Below are positions 50,960-64,000 of a stretch of 64,000 bases of DNA, piece after piece. This DNA is from Eledone cirrhosa (taxonomy: Eukaryota). The notes under the pieces are model-generated. The model saw only the letters and a list, made by a program, of their open reading frames with translations, was not told where the DNA came from and did not search any database. The DNA lies in the NCBI GenBank assembly GCA_964016885.1, contig OZ024744.1:39556001-39620000 (forward strand), in the 5' to 3' direction. Numbering within the stretch: the first letter of the stretch is position 1; each line of letters starts with the position of its first letter. The translations under genes were made by a program, and so were the position numbers.

Positions 50960-51475
50960 TATCTATGGTCTGGTTCAAATCCTGCAAAAGGTCAATTTTG
51001 CTTTTCATCCTTACAGAGTTGATAGAATAAAGCACTAGTAATGTACTGTGTCGGTTCGATCGACTTTCCCCTTCCCCCAAAATTGCTGTGGCCCTGTGCT
51101 TAAATCAGAAAGATTGGCAGTATCAGTAGAGTTGTACGCCATCCTTTCTAGTATAGTTAAGTCCTTTTACGGTTTGAGTTCAAATCCCGTCGAGGTTAAC
51201 TTTGCCTTTCATCCTTATGGGGTCGATAAAATAAAGTACCAGTAATCTACTTTAATTGCTGGCCTTGTGCCAAAAGTAGAAACAATTATTTAAAGTAGAA
51301 ACAATTATTATTATTGGTTAGGGTGGTGGATTGACAGTATAGGTAGAGGGACGAACGCCATTTTTGCAGCATAGAGTTACGCCCCTTTACGGTCGGAGTT
51401 CAAATCCCGCCGAGATTAACTTTGCCTTTCATCCTGGGATAATTGCTGGCCTTGTGCCAAAAATAGAAACATTAT
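50960..51475 (+). mobile_element. Cluster of three Meta-domain SINE copies
   Basis: Repeated gttcaaatcc...tttgcctttcatcc...gctggccttgtgcc core. Confidence 0.75.
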
Positions 51476-51659
51476 TTTTAGAACAACGGTGAGACGGAAC
51501 AGAATTATAGAAAGCCAATTTTGAATACGATTTTTTTTATTCTGGGGGATTGTAAGATATATAGATGAATGAACCGAATGTGGAGAGTTGAGAAGAAATG
51601 GATATGTACGTTACATTTCGTAGAAGAAAACTGAACAAGCGACCATCAATAATAGGAGA

Positions 51660-52260
51660 CAACCCGCCAGACAGTCCTATGCGAGCAAGACAACCACTCT
51701 TGCCTCAAGTGGGAAAACTCCCGTCCAAACCCATGCAAGCATGGAACACGGACGTTAATCGATGATGATGATTATTATTATTATTATTGGTTAAACAATT
51801 GTTTTTATTTTATAGGTTACTGTGACCTATATTTAATTTAATTTTGTTATAGTCATCATTACTACGTCCATTCTTCCATGCTAGCATGGGTTGGACGGAT
51901 TGTCCTGTTGTGGGGAATGCCAGGTCGGGTGACCTTGTCTTGTTCATATGGAAACTGATTTGGGCTCGATTTCTACAGCTGGATGCCCTTCCTAACACCA
52001 GGTCATTTACAGTAAGTGCTGGGTTCTTTTTTTCTGTGGTGCCTACACGACCACTTTACAGTGTGGGCTGGGTGCTTTTTTGTCGTGACACCTACACGAC
52101 CACTTTGCAGTGAGAGGGGGTGGGGGCATATTGTCTATATGTAAGTTGGGTCTTCTATATTACTGTGTGACGCCAGAAGTCACGATCCTGTGTCATTGCT
52201 TTTGAGAGGTGCAATTGCGTAAGGTCGGCTTTTATCACCTCATCCCAGGTTTCCTTGGAT
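51660..52260. mobile_element. Tail-to-tail RTE 3' fragments
   Basis: 51660-51770 (+) and 51855-52260 (-) match RTE 3' UTRs. Confidence 0.75.
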
Positions 52261-52799
52261 ATCCCCAAAATTAAATCCGATGGGAGAATGAAAAATATAA
52301 AATCATCTTCGTCGTTTTATATTTGCTTTCCATGATGGCATAGGGTCAACAAGTCATGGTCAGTGTCAGTTCTTATTTACAGATACTGTTTTCTAAGCTG
52401 GCTGGAGGACAGCAACTTACTTTTATATTTCATTTTGGGCATCATTTTTATGACTGGATATGCTTCCTAATGCAAACCACTTTATAGAATGTACTGTGTG
52501 CATTTTATCGTGGTACCTGCACTAAACAGATTGCTAAGAAAGATTTGAGAGGACTCATCAATAATGCCAGAGACAAGATAACCACTTAAGTACTAGTATT
52601 ATAAAATAAACCCAGTATTCTCTGTAACATTTGTGGTGTTTGGAAGGACATTCAACAATAGAAATGATGTAAAAAACTGGAATGTAAAAGTGAGAAGTAG
52701 TTTTTTTTTACCCATCTCAAGGAAGGGGAGGAGGTAGTAATCAATATAAGAATTGACTCAGACTGTTCCAACCTATCCAACCCATGTAATCATGGAAAA

Positions 52800-54350
52800 T
52801 TGGGTGTAAAATAATAGTGATGTTTCAGCCATGACCATCCTGTCTTTTTCATTGTCTTCACATCAAACATGCTGCCTCTATGACAATACTATCTTATTCT
52901 CTTCCTAAGAAGCTGGGTGTAGAGGAATAACTCATGAGGGTCATACAAGCTATGTGTAGAAGTGCAAACAATAAGGTGACAGTCAGCAATGAGTATCATC
53001 ATCATCGCCATCATCATTTTCATTGTCGTCGTCATCGTCATTTTAATGTCTGGTGGATTTGAAATGCAGGGAGTGAGGGAATAGATCTTAGATTAGCTGT
53101 TCATGGGAACTTCCGGATGTTGATGATCCAGTCCTTATAGCTGAATCCATGGAAGAATTATAATAATAATAATAATGAAATTATTGTGTACAGTGATCAG
53201 GTGCACTACAACTCATCAAAGGCAAAATTCCTAAGATAGAAAAAGAAAACATAGGATCAAGAGATCTAAAAGTAAATTCGGCAAAGTCATAATAAGTAGG
53301 AAAAAATACAGGACTCTGATACGTAATGGAAATGACCTTGTTCGATTTGTTAAAATAGGGTGGTCAGGAGTTTTATGAGGTGAATACAGTGTAATCTATG
53401 GATGCACAAGAGATGTAAAGAGATTAAGTTAACAGAGCTTTCATCATCACCATCATCATCATCTTCATTTTACGTCCGCTTTTCCTTGTTTGCAAGGTTG
53501 GGACGGGTCTTATTCAGCACAGCATCTCTTCATTTGTTACGGTCCTTTATCGTCTTCTCTGTGAGTTTCAGAAATCTGTGGTCAGCTCTCACCACCTCTG
53601 CCCATGTTTTCTGTGGTCTTCCTCTACTGCGTCTTCCTTCCACTGGAATTACTTGGCACTTCTTCACCCAGTGGTCATCATCTATGCGCATCACATGGCC
53701 ATACCAATGCAATGATGGAAGAAAAATATATACATACTTTGTATGTAGCAAATGTAAAGGAGTAATAAACACTAAATAGATTCCCTCGGTTGCCTGGGAG
53801 ACTCTCTAGAAGTTATTGACAGTTACCTAGGTGACCAACAGTGGGAGAGGATGCTTTAACTTCTTCAGTGCTGTAGATAAGATAACTCGTCCTAACACGT
53901 TTGAACACTTTTCTAACGGCTCATAACTTCAGAGTTATGAAATCATTTCCAAAAGTTCATAACTTCAAAGCTAGATGGGGTTACTAGTTTATTGATGTAA
54001 CATTTGTCAATCATTCAGATATGTATTGCTAATAAATATGTTTAAAAAAATAGTCATTTTACTGGAAAAAAACCCCAGCATAACAACTGTAGCTGTGTTA
54101 AATATACGCAGCAATCAACAGGTTAAAAGTGTGATAGCCAAGGTAAGAGCAGATTCGAAAAAGTATAGGGAGCTGGTACCTCTGCTGCCAACAAAGGATT
54201 TCTCTCTCAGAGTAAAGAGTAGACTGTATGATGCCAGCATATGAACTGCAATGTTATATGGCAGTGAAATATTGGCCTTGACTACAGAAAACTTGCAATA
54301 GAAAGAAATGAAGCAAGTATTATCTGATAGATGTGCATGAATGACATATC
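52800..54350 (+). mobile_element. Highly degraded RTE with nested CR1 tail (53160-53225) and minus-strand RTE 3' end (53445-53710)
   Basis: RKLGVEE, IAES and FSLRVKSRLYDA remnants; nested WYGHV..GRPQKTW. Confidence 0.65.
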
Positions 54351-54429
54351 ATAAGTGAACTTAAAAATGTCTCACTTGGGACATGTCATCATCCCTTCTT
54401 CATAAGGTAGAGATGGTTCTTCAGTTGAG

Positions 54430-54900
54430 TCAATGACTAACAACCTCTCTAGCGCTGGTGCCATGAAAATGCACTGAGTATGTTCTGTAAAGTGGTAGGT
54501 GATAGGAAGTGCTTTCATTTGTAGAAACTATACCAAAAAGGATTGAGAGAACTCTTCAGTCATGACATGATAATCTCTCTAATGCTGGTATCACAAAAAA
54601 TGCACCTAATACACCCTGTGAACTGAATATAGCTATATATACCATGCCAACATGATCTGAGTGGATTCTTCAATCATGTCAAGGGAACAATAACCTCTCT
54701 AGTGTTGGTGCCAGTACACTCTGTAAAATGGTTGGTGATTAGAAGCGCATTCAGATATAGAAACTATGCCAAACAAAGGGTAGATAAGACAATCTTTATA
54801 GTGTTGGTGCCATGATAAAATATTCCCAGTACACTGTGTAAAATGGTTGGTGATAGGAAGAGCATCCATACATAGAAACTATGCCAAACAAAGGGGCGAT
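54430..54900 (+). repeat. Diverged tandem units (about 110-130 bp) derived from SINE/RTE tail
   Basis: About 4 repeats of gctggtgcca...ctgtaaa.tggttggtgat.gaag...tagaaactatgcc. Confidence 0.6.
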
Positions 54901-55819
54901 AATACTCCCAGTACTGTCTGCAAAATGTAGGAATGTAAGTAAACAAGATACGAATCCTGGTGAATCTGATAAGTCAGTAGTTTTGATTACTTGGTCTGTA
55001 ACAACCCATCCAACCCTCACTAGAAAAGAGAACATATGTTAAATGAAGATCTTGCTGATGGTGATAACTAATCTGTGTCTTGTCAAATATTACACATCTA
55101 GCAGATATTAGTTGTAATATATACAAGACTGTATCCCTTTAATGTTATAGATCCTCTGTACAGCTTGCAGCCATGTGGTACTCCTATACATACATCACAG
55201 TTTCTTGTTGACAGAAAGCACATGCCTCTGCTGGATTATCAAATATGGAGCATCTGGTAGTACACAAGTGAGAAATTATTTGTGTATCGTAGATATTATT
55301 ATCTTCATCTTCAGGGTGTTACACAGGAAGTAACCTTTTTGTAGCTTTCATAATCATTTCATTTTCCAGAAATTAATACTTTAAAATCAAATTTTGGCTG
55401 GTGGGTGTGTAGCTGGGTAAGTGATTAGCCCCACACTTTAGTGTTTCTGGGTGTTTGTGGTTTGATTTTGGTGCCGCCACATGTTCTCTATTTTCTGACA
55501 AGGCAAAATCCTGAATACTGCACAGATAACAAAATATTCCAGCCTTACACACTGATGAAAAAGATTGATTACTAAATTAATTCATTTTTATTAGCCTTAG
55601 ATCTCGAATATTATACATATGTTCTTTCTGTCTGACAAATTCACATTATTTTCACTTAACTCCTTTTCTATTCCCTCATTTCCACAAACCAAAGCCATAT
55701 TTCAAATTTCTACAGGGCCCTTAAAAAGTGAAGTCAATATATCAGCTGCCAAGTGTTTTGGGCTATGTTATCCAGACCAATATATTTGCCTCACAGCACT
55801 AAAAGGGTTAACATAATGG

Positions 55820-56205
55820 TTTCTTATATAGGCACAAGGCCAACAATTTTGGGGGAGGGGTAAGTCGATTAAATCAACCCCAGTGCGTAACTGGTACTTT
55901 ATTTTATCGACCCCATAAGTGTGAAAGGCAAAGTTAACCTTGATGGGATTTGAACTCATAAAAGGGTTAACATAATTGTTTCTACTTTTGGCACAAGGCC
56001 AGTAAAAGGGTTAACATAATTGTTTCTACTTTAGGCACAAGGCCAGCAATTACCCAGTGCATTACTGGTACTTTATTTTATCGACCCCGTAAGGATGAAA
56101 GGCAAAGTTAACCTCGGCGGGATTTGAACTCAGACCGTAAAGGGACGTAACTATGCTGGAAAGCATGGCGTCCGACTCTCTACCGATACTGCCAATCCAC
56201 CGCCT
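55820..56205 (-). mobile_element. Two Meta-domain SINE copies
   Basis: Reverse complement of the 22960-23150 type. Interleaved with repeated aaaagggttaacataat (TSD-like). Confidence 0.75.
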
Positions 56206-56279
56206 AAAAGGGTTAACATAATGACACCACAATTTATATAATGGCATTACACATGAAAAATCACATTCTATTCAATATC

Positions 56280-56700
56280 ATCATCATCAATTAACATCAA
56301 TTTTCCATGCTTGCATGGGTTAGACAGGTTGTCACATTATAAGACAAGTTAGGTCCAGAGACCATGTCATACTTTTATGGATTTGTATTTAGGCTTCGTT
56401 TATAAGGCTGGATGCCCTTCCTAACACCAACTGCATTACAGTGTGAACAGAGTGCTTTTTATCATGACAGTTAAATTACCATCTAACAGGGTGAACAGAG
56501 TGCTTTTTGTCATGTCACCAGCATGACCATCTTACAGGGTAGACTGGGTGCTTTTTTGTTGTGTCTCCAACACAACCACCTTACAAGTTGGACTGGGTGC
56601 TTTTTATCATGGCACCAAAATGACCACCTTACAGAGTGGATTAGGTGCTTTTTGTCATGTCATTAGCATGACACCTTACTGTGTGAATTGGGTGCTTAAA
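56280..56700 (-). mobile_element. RTE-type 3' end with tandem units of about 40 bp
   Basis: ggatgcccttcctaacaccaac motif and repeated gggtgcttttt..catg.cacc. Confidence 0.7.
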
Positions 56701-56999
56701 TAAAAACACAGACACACATACAAAAACGTTTAAACAGTCATTTATTGAAGTTTTCCAGGATTCTTTTGAAAGATGTGATCTAAAACTGCATGTAGTAGTA
56801 CTGTCTCAACGATACAAGTAGGGTGGGTCTTGCATGAATCCCAGGGAGCAGAGTTGAGTACCCTTCACCTATGAACAAAATCTTGGCGGCACTAAAATTT
56901 GGAACCATCTCTTAAAACCCATTTAACAGAAACAGTAATTTTAATATCAGTTACATAATTATGAAATTGTAAGATTACAGATTTGTTCTTTTTTCTCAG

Positions 57000-57620
57000 C
57001 ATAGATGTACCTCCCACCAGAGGTTCTTATGCATCCACATTGCACTTCAAGTGGGAACTGATATCTGTTGGGGTATGAGATGTCACTGGTAGGTCCCTTG
57101 ACTCCACAGGCCTATATGGTTTGTCCTGCCCTCTGAATGCTGGTTGTTTTGCCCGACACACAGAGCTAAACCTGATTATTAAATGGGTCTTGGCTCGGGT
57201 AAATATCCCCTCAGTTCTGGAGCTGGCTGGATTATCCAGAAGTGATGCGAAGAGACCAGACGGCCTTACCCTTTGTCCCTGGGTAAGAGGCAGGTGTCTC
57301 ATGATGGACGCCACAGTCAATGACTCTTTTGCTCCCTACCTCATCTTGGACACTGCGGTAAATGTGAGGGTTACTGCTCCCATTACCAAACAGAATAAAA
57401 TCTGGAATTACCTGGATTTATCTATCAATTATTTTTTCCAGCCTGTGGTGTTCGAGTTGTTTCGTGGAGTTGGACCGCTGACAGCAATGTTCTTGTCATC
57501 ATTGATGGCTCACCATTCCGAGGTGTCAGGTGATGCCCACGAGGGTGCCTGGTTGTTTCAGCGCTTTAGCCTCGCCATCACCTGTGGTAATGCTGTGAGC
57601 ATACTGGCTTGCTTCAAATA
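57000..57620 (+). mobile_element. CRE-like LINE fragment (restriction-like endonuclease)
   Basis: RH.ELN, KRPDGLTL.PW, DATV, F.PVVFE..GVG, FQRFSLAI..GNA. Confidence 0.75.
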
Positions 57621-58383
57621 TTCCATTGACCCATGTCATGTGCAGCTAACTGTCACACTTGCTGGTGAATTGATGATCATTTTTGTTTTGGTTTCCTTCT
57701 TTTCTTATTCCCGCTCTGATCGTAAAATTTGGTGCATTGTATTTGTGAGGTTCCTATCAATAGTTAATTGTATTTATTATATGTGTATTGACTCTGTCTA
57801 TTTTTCCTCATCTCTGTCTATTTTTCCATCAAAGACTACAGGCTATGACTGGCTATTATTATTAATATTATTGTTGATGTATTCTATCGGCTACTTTGCC
57901 ATGCGGTGACCCTCTCTCTCTATGATGGCTACCCCCTCTCTATCTTTCTCTCTATGATGGCTACCCTCTCTCTATCTATATCTAAGCCACCCATTACCTC
58001 CCGTTCCCTCTTCACCCATTCCACCTCACTCATCTTGAAGCTATTGAAGAGATACGAAACTCTGTTCTGAAAGGCTAAAATGAATCACTAGAGTTGATTT
58101 GGCTTCGTTCCAGTCATCCATCTTGACAGTGACCCTCTCTCCCTACCTCACAATTTCCCTCCCACCCACCACCTCACACCACCATAGCCTATTCGACCAA
58201 TCAAACCTCAGCATGCCATTTCTTCTGCTACTACTACCTAACTAACTCTCTCCTCCCTTGTCCCAGCCCAACACACCCTGCCATTATCCCACCACCACTG
58301 TTCTTCTAGCCCTCAATTTTCCTAACGTTATGGATGGATGAGCTGAGAATAAATTTGAGCAACTCTGAATTAATAGATGAAAT

Positions 58384-58495
58384 ATGAATCTGCGAGCTAC
58401 CAAGCACCTATGTGAAGCGCCAATCCAGAGACCCTTCCCTACGAGTGTCGACAAATGCCCAAAACTCCGAGTTGGTACCATCAATGTAGGCTCAA
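58384..58495 (+). mobile_element. 5' part of the RTE ORF split off by the CR1 insertion
   Basis: KLRVGTINVGS continues as MKGRAGE at 61549. Confidence 0.85.
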
Positions 58496-61400
58496 CTATA
58501 ATAATAATAATGAAATTATTGTGTAAAGTGCTCAGGTGCACTACAACTCATCAATATAGTACATAGAATAATACACAAATGTCAGGGAAGTACATGTGTG
58601 TATGTGTTAGCTGTAGTGTTGGCGGATCTCGGGAAGCATGAAGGCCTTAAAGGATGCAGTGTCTCGACAGCTAACAACTGATGCAGGTAGTTTGTTCCAT
58701 GCTTCAGCAACTCTGAGCGTGAAAAAATGTTTCCGAAAGTCATGGGAACTGTGCTGTTTTCTTACTTTGTGGGCATGTCCACGTGTGTTAGACACATGGA
58801 AATCGAAAAGGCACTCAGGGTTGTTGTTGGCAACATGGTTAACAATTTTGTGGGTGTTTACCAAGTCAGTTGCCAGGCGTCGGAGCTTCAATGAATCCAT
58901 GCCCAGGGAAGCAAGGCGCTCAGAGTATGGTAGATGCCTGATGGAGGGTATTCGCTTGGTTGCACGTCTCTGAACAGTTTCCAGGCGGTCAATGTCCTGA
59001 GCAAGATAGGGGTTCCAGACTGGTGATGCAAATTCTAAGTGTGGTCGCACCATAGCTGTATACAGCCTTAAATAGATATCTGGAGAGCGGCTGACAAAGG
59101 TCTTGCTGAGTGATGCTAAGACACCCTCGGCCCTCTTGACAATTTTAGAGACGTGCCTCGTCCAACGCAAATCGCTGCTGACCGTAATGCCCAGGTCACG
59201 TTCACAGGAAGACTTCTTGATATTAGTGCTGTGGAGGGAGTATGTGGACGCTGGGTTTTTACTCCCAAAATGCATGGTGGTGCACTTGTCCACAGCTAGC
59301 TTGAGTTGCCAGTCTGAGATCCACTGTTGCATTGTGTCCAGGTCAGACTGCAAGCAAGATCTATAGTGTTCAGGATCTGTCCTTTTTATCTCAAGGTACA
59401 GCTTGATGTCGTCTGCGTACTTTAGTACTGTGGCATTCCTTAAGTTGGCATCTATGTCATTAATATATGCCACAAACAAAAGGGGGCCAAGAACAGATCC
59501 CTGAGGTACACCAGATGACATCTCATATGGTGAGGAATGCTGTCCCAGAACCGTGACTACCTCTCTTCGACTGAGAATGAAGGACTTCAACCAGTTAAAA
59601 AGATCATCCTTCACACCCATTGCAGAGAGTTTTGCCATAAGCCTTTTGTGTGGCACAGAATTGAAGGCCTTCGCAAAGTCAAGGTAAACAACATCCACCC
59701 ATGAGCCGCCATCAGTGATCCGGGTGATGTCCTCAAGAAACTCTATAAGTTGATCACAGCAGCTGGAGTTGGGGATAAATCCAAATTGCGAGGGCCGGAT
59801 AAGACTGTGAGAGCTCCAGAAGTTCCAAAGTGTTTCTCTGACACAGGATTCCATCAGTTTGGCGATGCAACTAGTAAGACTGACTGGACGATAGTTCACA
59901 GGTGATGTGCGGTCACCCTTTTTGAACAGAGGAATGACACTGGCAGTTTTCCACTGTTCTGGAGTAGCACTGTTGTTCAGACAGAATTGGAAGAAGCGTG
60001 ATAACTGGTGTAGAAGGAAGTACCCACCACGTTTAAGAAGCAGGTACGTAACACCATCAAGACCAGGAGAGGCATGGTTGCGTTTATCTTTTAGGTGACG
60101 TCGCAGCATTGCAGGTGTAAATTCCATGGTTGTAATAGAGTCCGGTGTCATAGGTGGTGGAGATGGTACACTCTGGTCTTCAATGGTGAAAATGCCTGCA
60201 TAGCATTCAGCAATGAGCTCTGCGCATTCCTTGGGGTCGTCAGTAACCTGGCTTGTGTGGGGATTGCGAAGAGGACCAACTGGAGAGTGAGGCCTCTGCT
60301 TTGAGTGAACATACTTCCAGAACACCTTACTGCCAGGGCTGGTTGCTATGCGCTGCTCAAATTGAAGCACTGCCTTTTTTGTCACCTGTTTGAGGTGGTT
60401 GGACGATCTATTTCGCCTCTTCCTATTAATGTCTGATTTGTGAAGTTTGTACTCACGTTCAGCATTGCGCCGTTCTTTTCTGGCAAGACGGGCTGCTGCA
60501 GTCTCCCAAATTGCGCTTTTAGGATGTTTTTTCCGCTTACGTGGCACCGATGCTGCACATGCTGTCCATATTGAGCTCAGGATGTTCTGGAGTACAGTGT
60601 TGACATCTCCAGAGTCGTAGAACTCAAGCCAGTTTGGCTGTTGCAACTCGGTGCAGTAACAGTTCCAGTCTGCTTTATTCCAGTCAAAGTGAGCAGTTTG
60701 GAGATGGTTGTGGTTCTTGTTACTGCCCATGAGGGATAGATTGGCAATGATCATAGCATGATCAGAGTCATCTAAAGGTTCCTCAGCAGTAACACTAATG
60801 AACGTTTCAGGAGTAGTGGTGAAGAGTAGGTCCAAAGTGTTGTCACCTCTCGTTGGGGAGGTGACCACCTGGGACCAACTCGAGTCCAGCACCAGCTCAA
60901 GGAAGTCATTTGCACTTGGCGGCCAACGAAAGGTCTCCCAGTCAATCTCAGGGTGATTGAAGTCACCTGCAATGAAAACATAAGTGGCTGTCTTCCTGGC
61001 AGCAGCTCTGAGGATATCACAAAGTTGAGTGTCCTGATGGTAATTTGAGGGACGGTAAACGACTCCAAGTAGCAGTGTTGACATGGTCATACGTATATCG
61101 CAGAAAAAAACTTCCTGCTGTGATTGGTTCAAATCAGCACAAGGAATTACCGACAGATTTGACCGAACGTAGACCATTACACCACCACCACGACGATTAA
61201 TACGGTCTTTACGAAACAGGTTGTAGCCAGTCATGCTGAAAACCCCATCACAGAGTAAGGGATGTGCCCAAGTTTCCGTGACTGTAATGAAGTTCGGGTT
61301 GATACTTTTGACGTAGGAGTCAAAAAGATGAATCTTATTGCATAGACTACGTGCATTCAAAGACAACAGTTTGTACTTTGATTCCAGTCTATGATTATGT

Positions 61401-61544
61401 GCAGGGGATGGCAGGTTGTTCTGATTTAGTTTCCCAGAGTTTTTTCAGTTTCTTTATTGTCAGTTGTTGTGGGTACAGTGTTTTCAGACCAGCTGGTGTC
61501 TCTTTTCCATGATTCGCCAGCCTTAACAAACTTCCCTTAACAAA
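58496..61544 (-). mobile_element. CR1-type LINE, 5'-truncated in ORF1, inserted into an RTE
   Basis: (ATT)n tail; CTCAA duplicated at 58491-58495 and 61545-61549. Confidence 0.9.
58607..61366 (-). CDS. CR1 ORF2: APE endonuclease + reverse transcriptase, 919 aa, uninterrupted
   Basis: NARS, TETW, GDFN, SDH; YRPVSLTS, LDFAKAF, SGVPQGSVLGP, YADD, ERDLG, TRGH, WNKLP. Confidence 0.93.
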   Translation of the reverse strand: MSLNARSLCNKIHLFDSYVKSINPNFITVTETWAHPLLCDGVFSMTGYNLFRKDRINRRGGGVMVYVRSNLSVIPCADLNQSQQEVFFCDIRMTMSTLLLGVVYRPSNYHQDTQLCDILRAAARKTATYVFIAGDFNHPEIDWETFRWPPSANDFLELVLDSSWSQVVTSPTRGDNTLDLLFTTTPETFISVTAEEPLDDSDHAMIIANLSLMGSNKNHNHLQTAHFDWNKADWNCYCTELQQPNWLEFYDSGDVNTVLQNILSSIWTACAASVPRKRKKHPKSAIWETAAARLARKERRNAEREYKLHKSDINRKRRNRSSNHLKQVTKKAVLQFEQRIATSPGSKVFWKYVHSKQRPHSPVGPLRNPHTSQVTDDPKECAELIAECYAGIFTIEDQSVPSPPPMTPDSITTMEFTPAMLRRHLKDKRNHASPGLDGVTYLLLKRGGYFLLHQLSRFFQFCLNNSATPEQWKTASVIPLFKKGDRTSPVNYRPVSLTSCIAKLMESCVRETLWNFWSSHSLIRPSQFGFIPNSSCCDQLIEFLEDITRITDGGSWVDVVYLDFAKAFNSVPHKRLMAKLSAMGVKDDLFNWLKSFILSRREVVTVLGQHSSPYEMSSGVPQGSVLGPLLFVAYINDIDANLRNATVLKYADDIKLYLEIKRTDPEHYRSCLQSDLDTMQQWISDWQLKLAVDKCTTMHFGSKNPASTYSLHSTNIKKSSCERDLGITVSSDLRWTRHVSKIVKRAEGVLASLSKTFVSRSPDIYLRLYTAMVRPHLEFASPVWNPYLAQDIDRLETVQRRATKRIPSIRHLPYSERLASLGMDSLKLRRLATDLVNTHKIVNHVANNNPECLFDFHVSNTRGHAHKVRKQHSSHDFRKHFFTLRVAEAWNKLPASVVSCRDTASFKAFMLPEIRQHYS

Positions 61545-64000
61545 CTCAATGAAAGGAAGAGCAGGAGAAATCGTAGAAATGCTAGCGCGAAAGGAAATTG
61601 ATGTATGCTGTGTGCAAGAGACTAGACGGAGAGAAGAGTCTGCTAGAGTCCTTGTAGGAAAAAGTCGGTGCTACAAATTTTTCTGGGTGGGAAATGACGA
61701 TGGGATGGGTGGTGTAGGTATACTACTAGCTGACAAGTGGGTAGATAAATTAATCTCAGTGTACAGGGTAAATGCAAGAATCATTAAACTCAGACTAGTC
61801 TTGACTAAAACAATTACCACAATAATATCAGCTTACACACCCCAATCGGGGCTGCCAGACAAACTTAAGGATAGATTTTACGAGTCCCTAATGCACACTA
61901 CTGCTCTAACAAACGACAAGGACTTCCTAATCATTGCAGGAGATTTTAACGGACACGTAGGTAAACACTGTGATGGCTTCTATAGAGTCCATGGAGGCCA
62001 CAAGTTTGGCACAGGAAATGAAGAAGGCTTCAGGCTTCTAGAATTCTGCGACGCCAATGACATGTCGATATGTAACACAAACTTCAAAAATCCCGACAAC
62101 CACCTGATCACCTATAGATCAGGGGAGCACTCTAGTCAGATAGATTTTATCCTCATCAGAGGACGTGACAGATGGACGGTCGTAAACACAAAAGCCTTCC
62201 CTAGTGAGGAATGTACATCCCAACATAGCTTAGTTGTCAGTGACCTCACAGTCAGAACTAGACGAACCTGGAAACAAAAGCCAACCTTGAGAAGAAATAT
62301 CTGGAAGCTGAAAGACCCCTCAACCAGTAACAGATTTAAAGATATTTTACTCAATGCCTACGACAGTAAAGAAGAACAGATAGAAACATTCAATGTAGAA
62401 GAGAACTGGGAGTTCCTAACAAATAACTTACTAGAGGCGACGGATGAGGTCTGTGGCTGGAGTAAGACCTCAAGCAGGAGGAAAGTGACTTGGTGGTGGT
62501 ACAATAAGGTAGATGAGGCAGTTAAGGCCAAGAGACAAGCATGGAAAGAATGGAAGAATGGGGGGAGCAGGGTACATTACATAGAGACCAAGAGGGAAGC
62601 TAGGCGACAAGTATACTTAGCTAGGAGGGAAGCAGAGGATAGAAAATTCAAGCATGTTTTACAACGTGAGGACCAGAAACAGGAGGTGTTCAAGATTGCG
62701 AGGCAGTGTGTCAGAGATAGTTGTGATGTCATTGGAGAGAAGTGTATCTGGGATGATAAAGGTGAGCTTGCCCTCACAAGTGCTGAGAAGAAAGATGCAT
62801 GGAAGAGTCATTATGATAGATTATTAAATGAGGAGAATGCATGGGAAGAAGAGACCCTACCCCAAGTAGACCCTATAGAGGGGCCAGCAGTACAAGTCAG
62901 CAGCAACGTAGTAAGTAAGGCAATCAAAGATATGAAGATGGGGAAGGCAACCAGTCCATCGGGTATAGCTGCCGAGATGCTGAAGGCATCTGGGTCTGTA
63001 GGTCACACTATAACCACACGTATTGTTAACCAGGTAATACTAGAAGGTGTCATACCAAAAGATTGGTGCAGTAGCATCATTGTCAACTGCTACAAAGGTA
63101 AAGGTGATGCACTAGATAGAGGAAACTATAGAGGTATAAAGCTGATGGACCAGGTCATGAAAGTAACAGAAAGAGTTATAGCACAGCTGATTAGGGACCG
63201 GGTGAAAATAGACGGGATGGAATTTGGGTTTGTACCAGGAAGAGGCACCACTGATGCCTTCTTCCTTGTGAGGCAGTTACAGGAAAAGTACCTAGCTAAA
63301 AGTAAGCCACTCTACCTGGCATTTGTCGATCTTGAGAAAGCCTTTGACAGAGTTCCACGTGCTGTAATCTGGTGGGCTCTTAGAAAACTAGGAATAGATG
63401 AATGGCTTGTGAAAGCTGTACAAGCCATGTATAGGGGAGCAGTCAGCAAAGTTAGGATTAGCAATGAGTATAGCGAGTAATTTAGCATACAAGTTGGGGT
63501 CCACCAGGGCTCTGTTCTTAGCCCCTCCTGTTCATCATAGTCCTGCAGGCAATAACGGAGGAGTTTAAGACCGGATGCCCATGGGAACTCCTGTATGCTG
63601 ATGACCTCGCAGTTATAGCTGAATCTATGGTAGAACTAGAGAAGAAATTCCAAACTTGGAAGCAGGGACTAGAAAGAAAGGGTCTCAAAGTCAACATGAC
63701 AAAGGTCCTTGTAAGTAGACGAGAAAACAGAACCCAGATCCCCGCAGGGAAATGGCCTTGCTCAGTGTGTAGGAAAGGTGTAGGTAGGAACTCCATTCTC
63801 TGCCCCAAATGCAAACAATGGGTACACAAGAGATGTAGCGGGATCTCAGGAAGCTTAATTAAGAATGTAGGCTTCACATGCAGCAGCTGTGCTGGGACAG
63901 CAAGCAGCAAACAGCCACAGGAAACAAGCACTACCAATCTCTGGAAGGGCTCTGTAGAAACAGTAGAGGGCTTCTGCTACCTAGATGACCGAATTAGCAG
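61545..64000 (+). mobile_element. RTE LINE body, running off the window; nonsense codon at 63478
   Basis: 643-aa APE-RT ORF, then GVHQGSVLSP, YADD and the PHD-like finger. Confidence 0.92.

Noticed and set aside
58030-58100. Possible minimal hammerhead (ttgaagagatacgaaactct...agagtt)
   Set aside because: Core C3 is mutated and there is no convincing stem I; at most a decayed relic.

Overview
AT-rich, repeat-dominated eukaryotic DNA. The SINE, RTE and microsatellite content suggests a cephalopod (octopus-like) genome; this is inference. I found no supportable host protein-coding gene. The window holds many RTE LINE copies with a PHD-like finger inside the RT, a near-intact Tx1 LINE in a (TTA)n tract, and a CR1-type LINE with an open ORF2 nested in an RTE. 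It also holds a TIR/TSD-complete Buster/Charlie-type hAT transposon, R4/Dong-, CRE- and Gypsy-like fragments, tRNA-derived and Meta-domain SINEs, and long microsatellites. The most notable hidden signal is a set of at least five apparently unrelated non-coding modules carrying type I hammerhead ribozymes with palindromic stem III. Most sit in inverted-repeat structures next to (TA)n tracts. They include a 3-kb and a 0.66-kb head-to-head palindrome with a ribozyme in each arm, and a U3-A8 core-variant hammerhead. This resembles Penelope-like/retrozyme elements, but no Penelope RT/GIY-YIG coding sequence is visible. Coordinates were read by eye and are approximate for degraded fragments.
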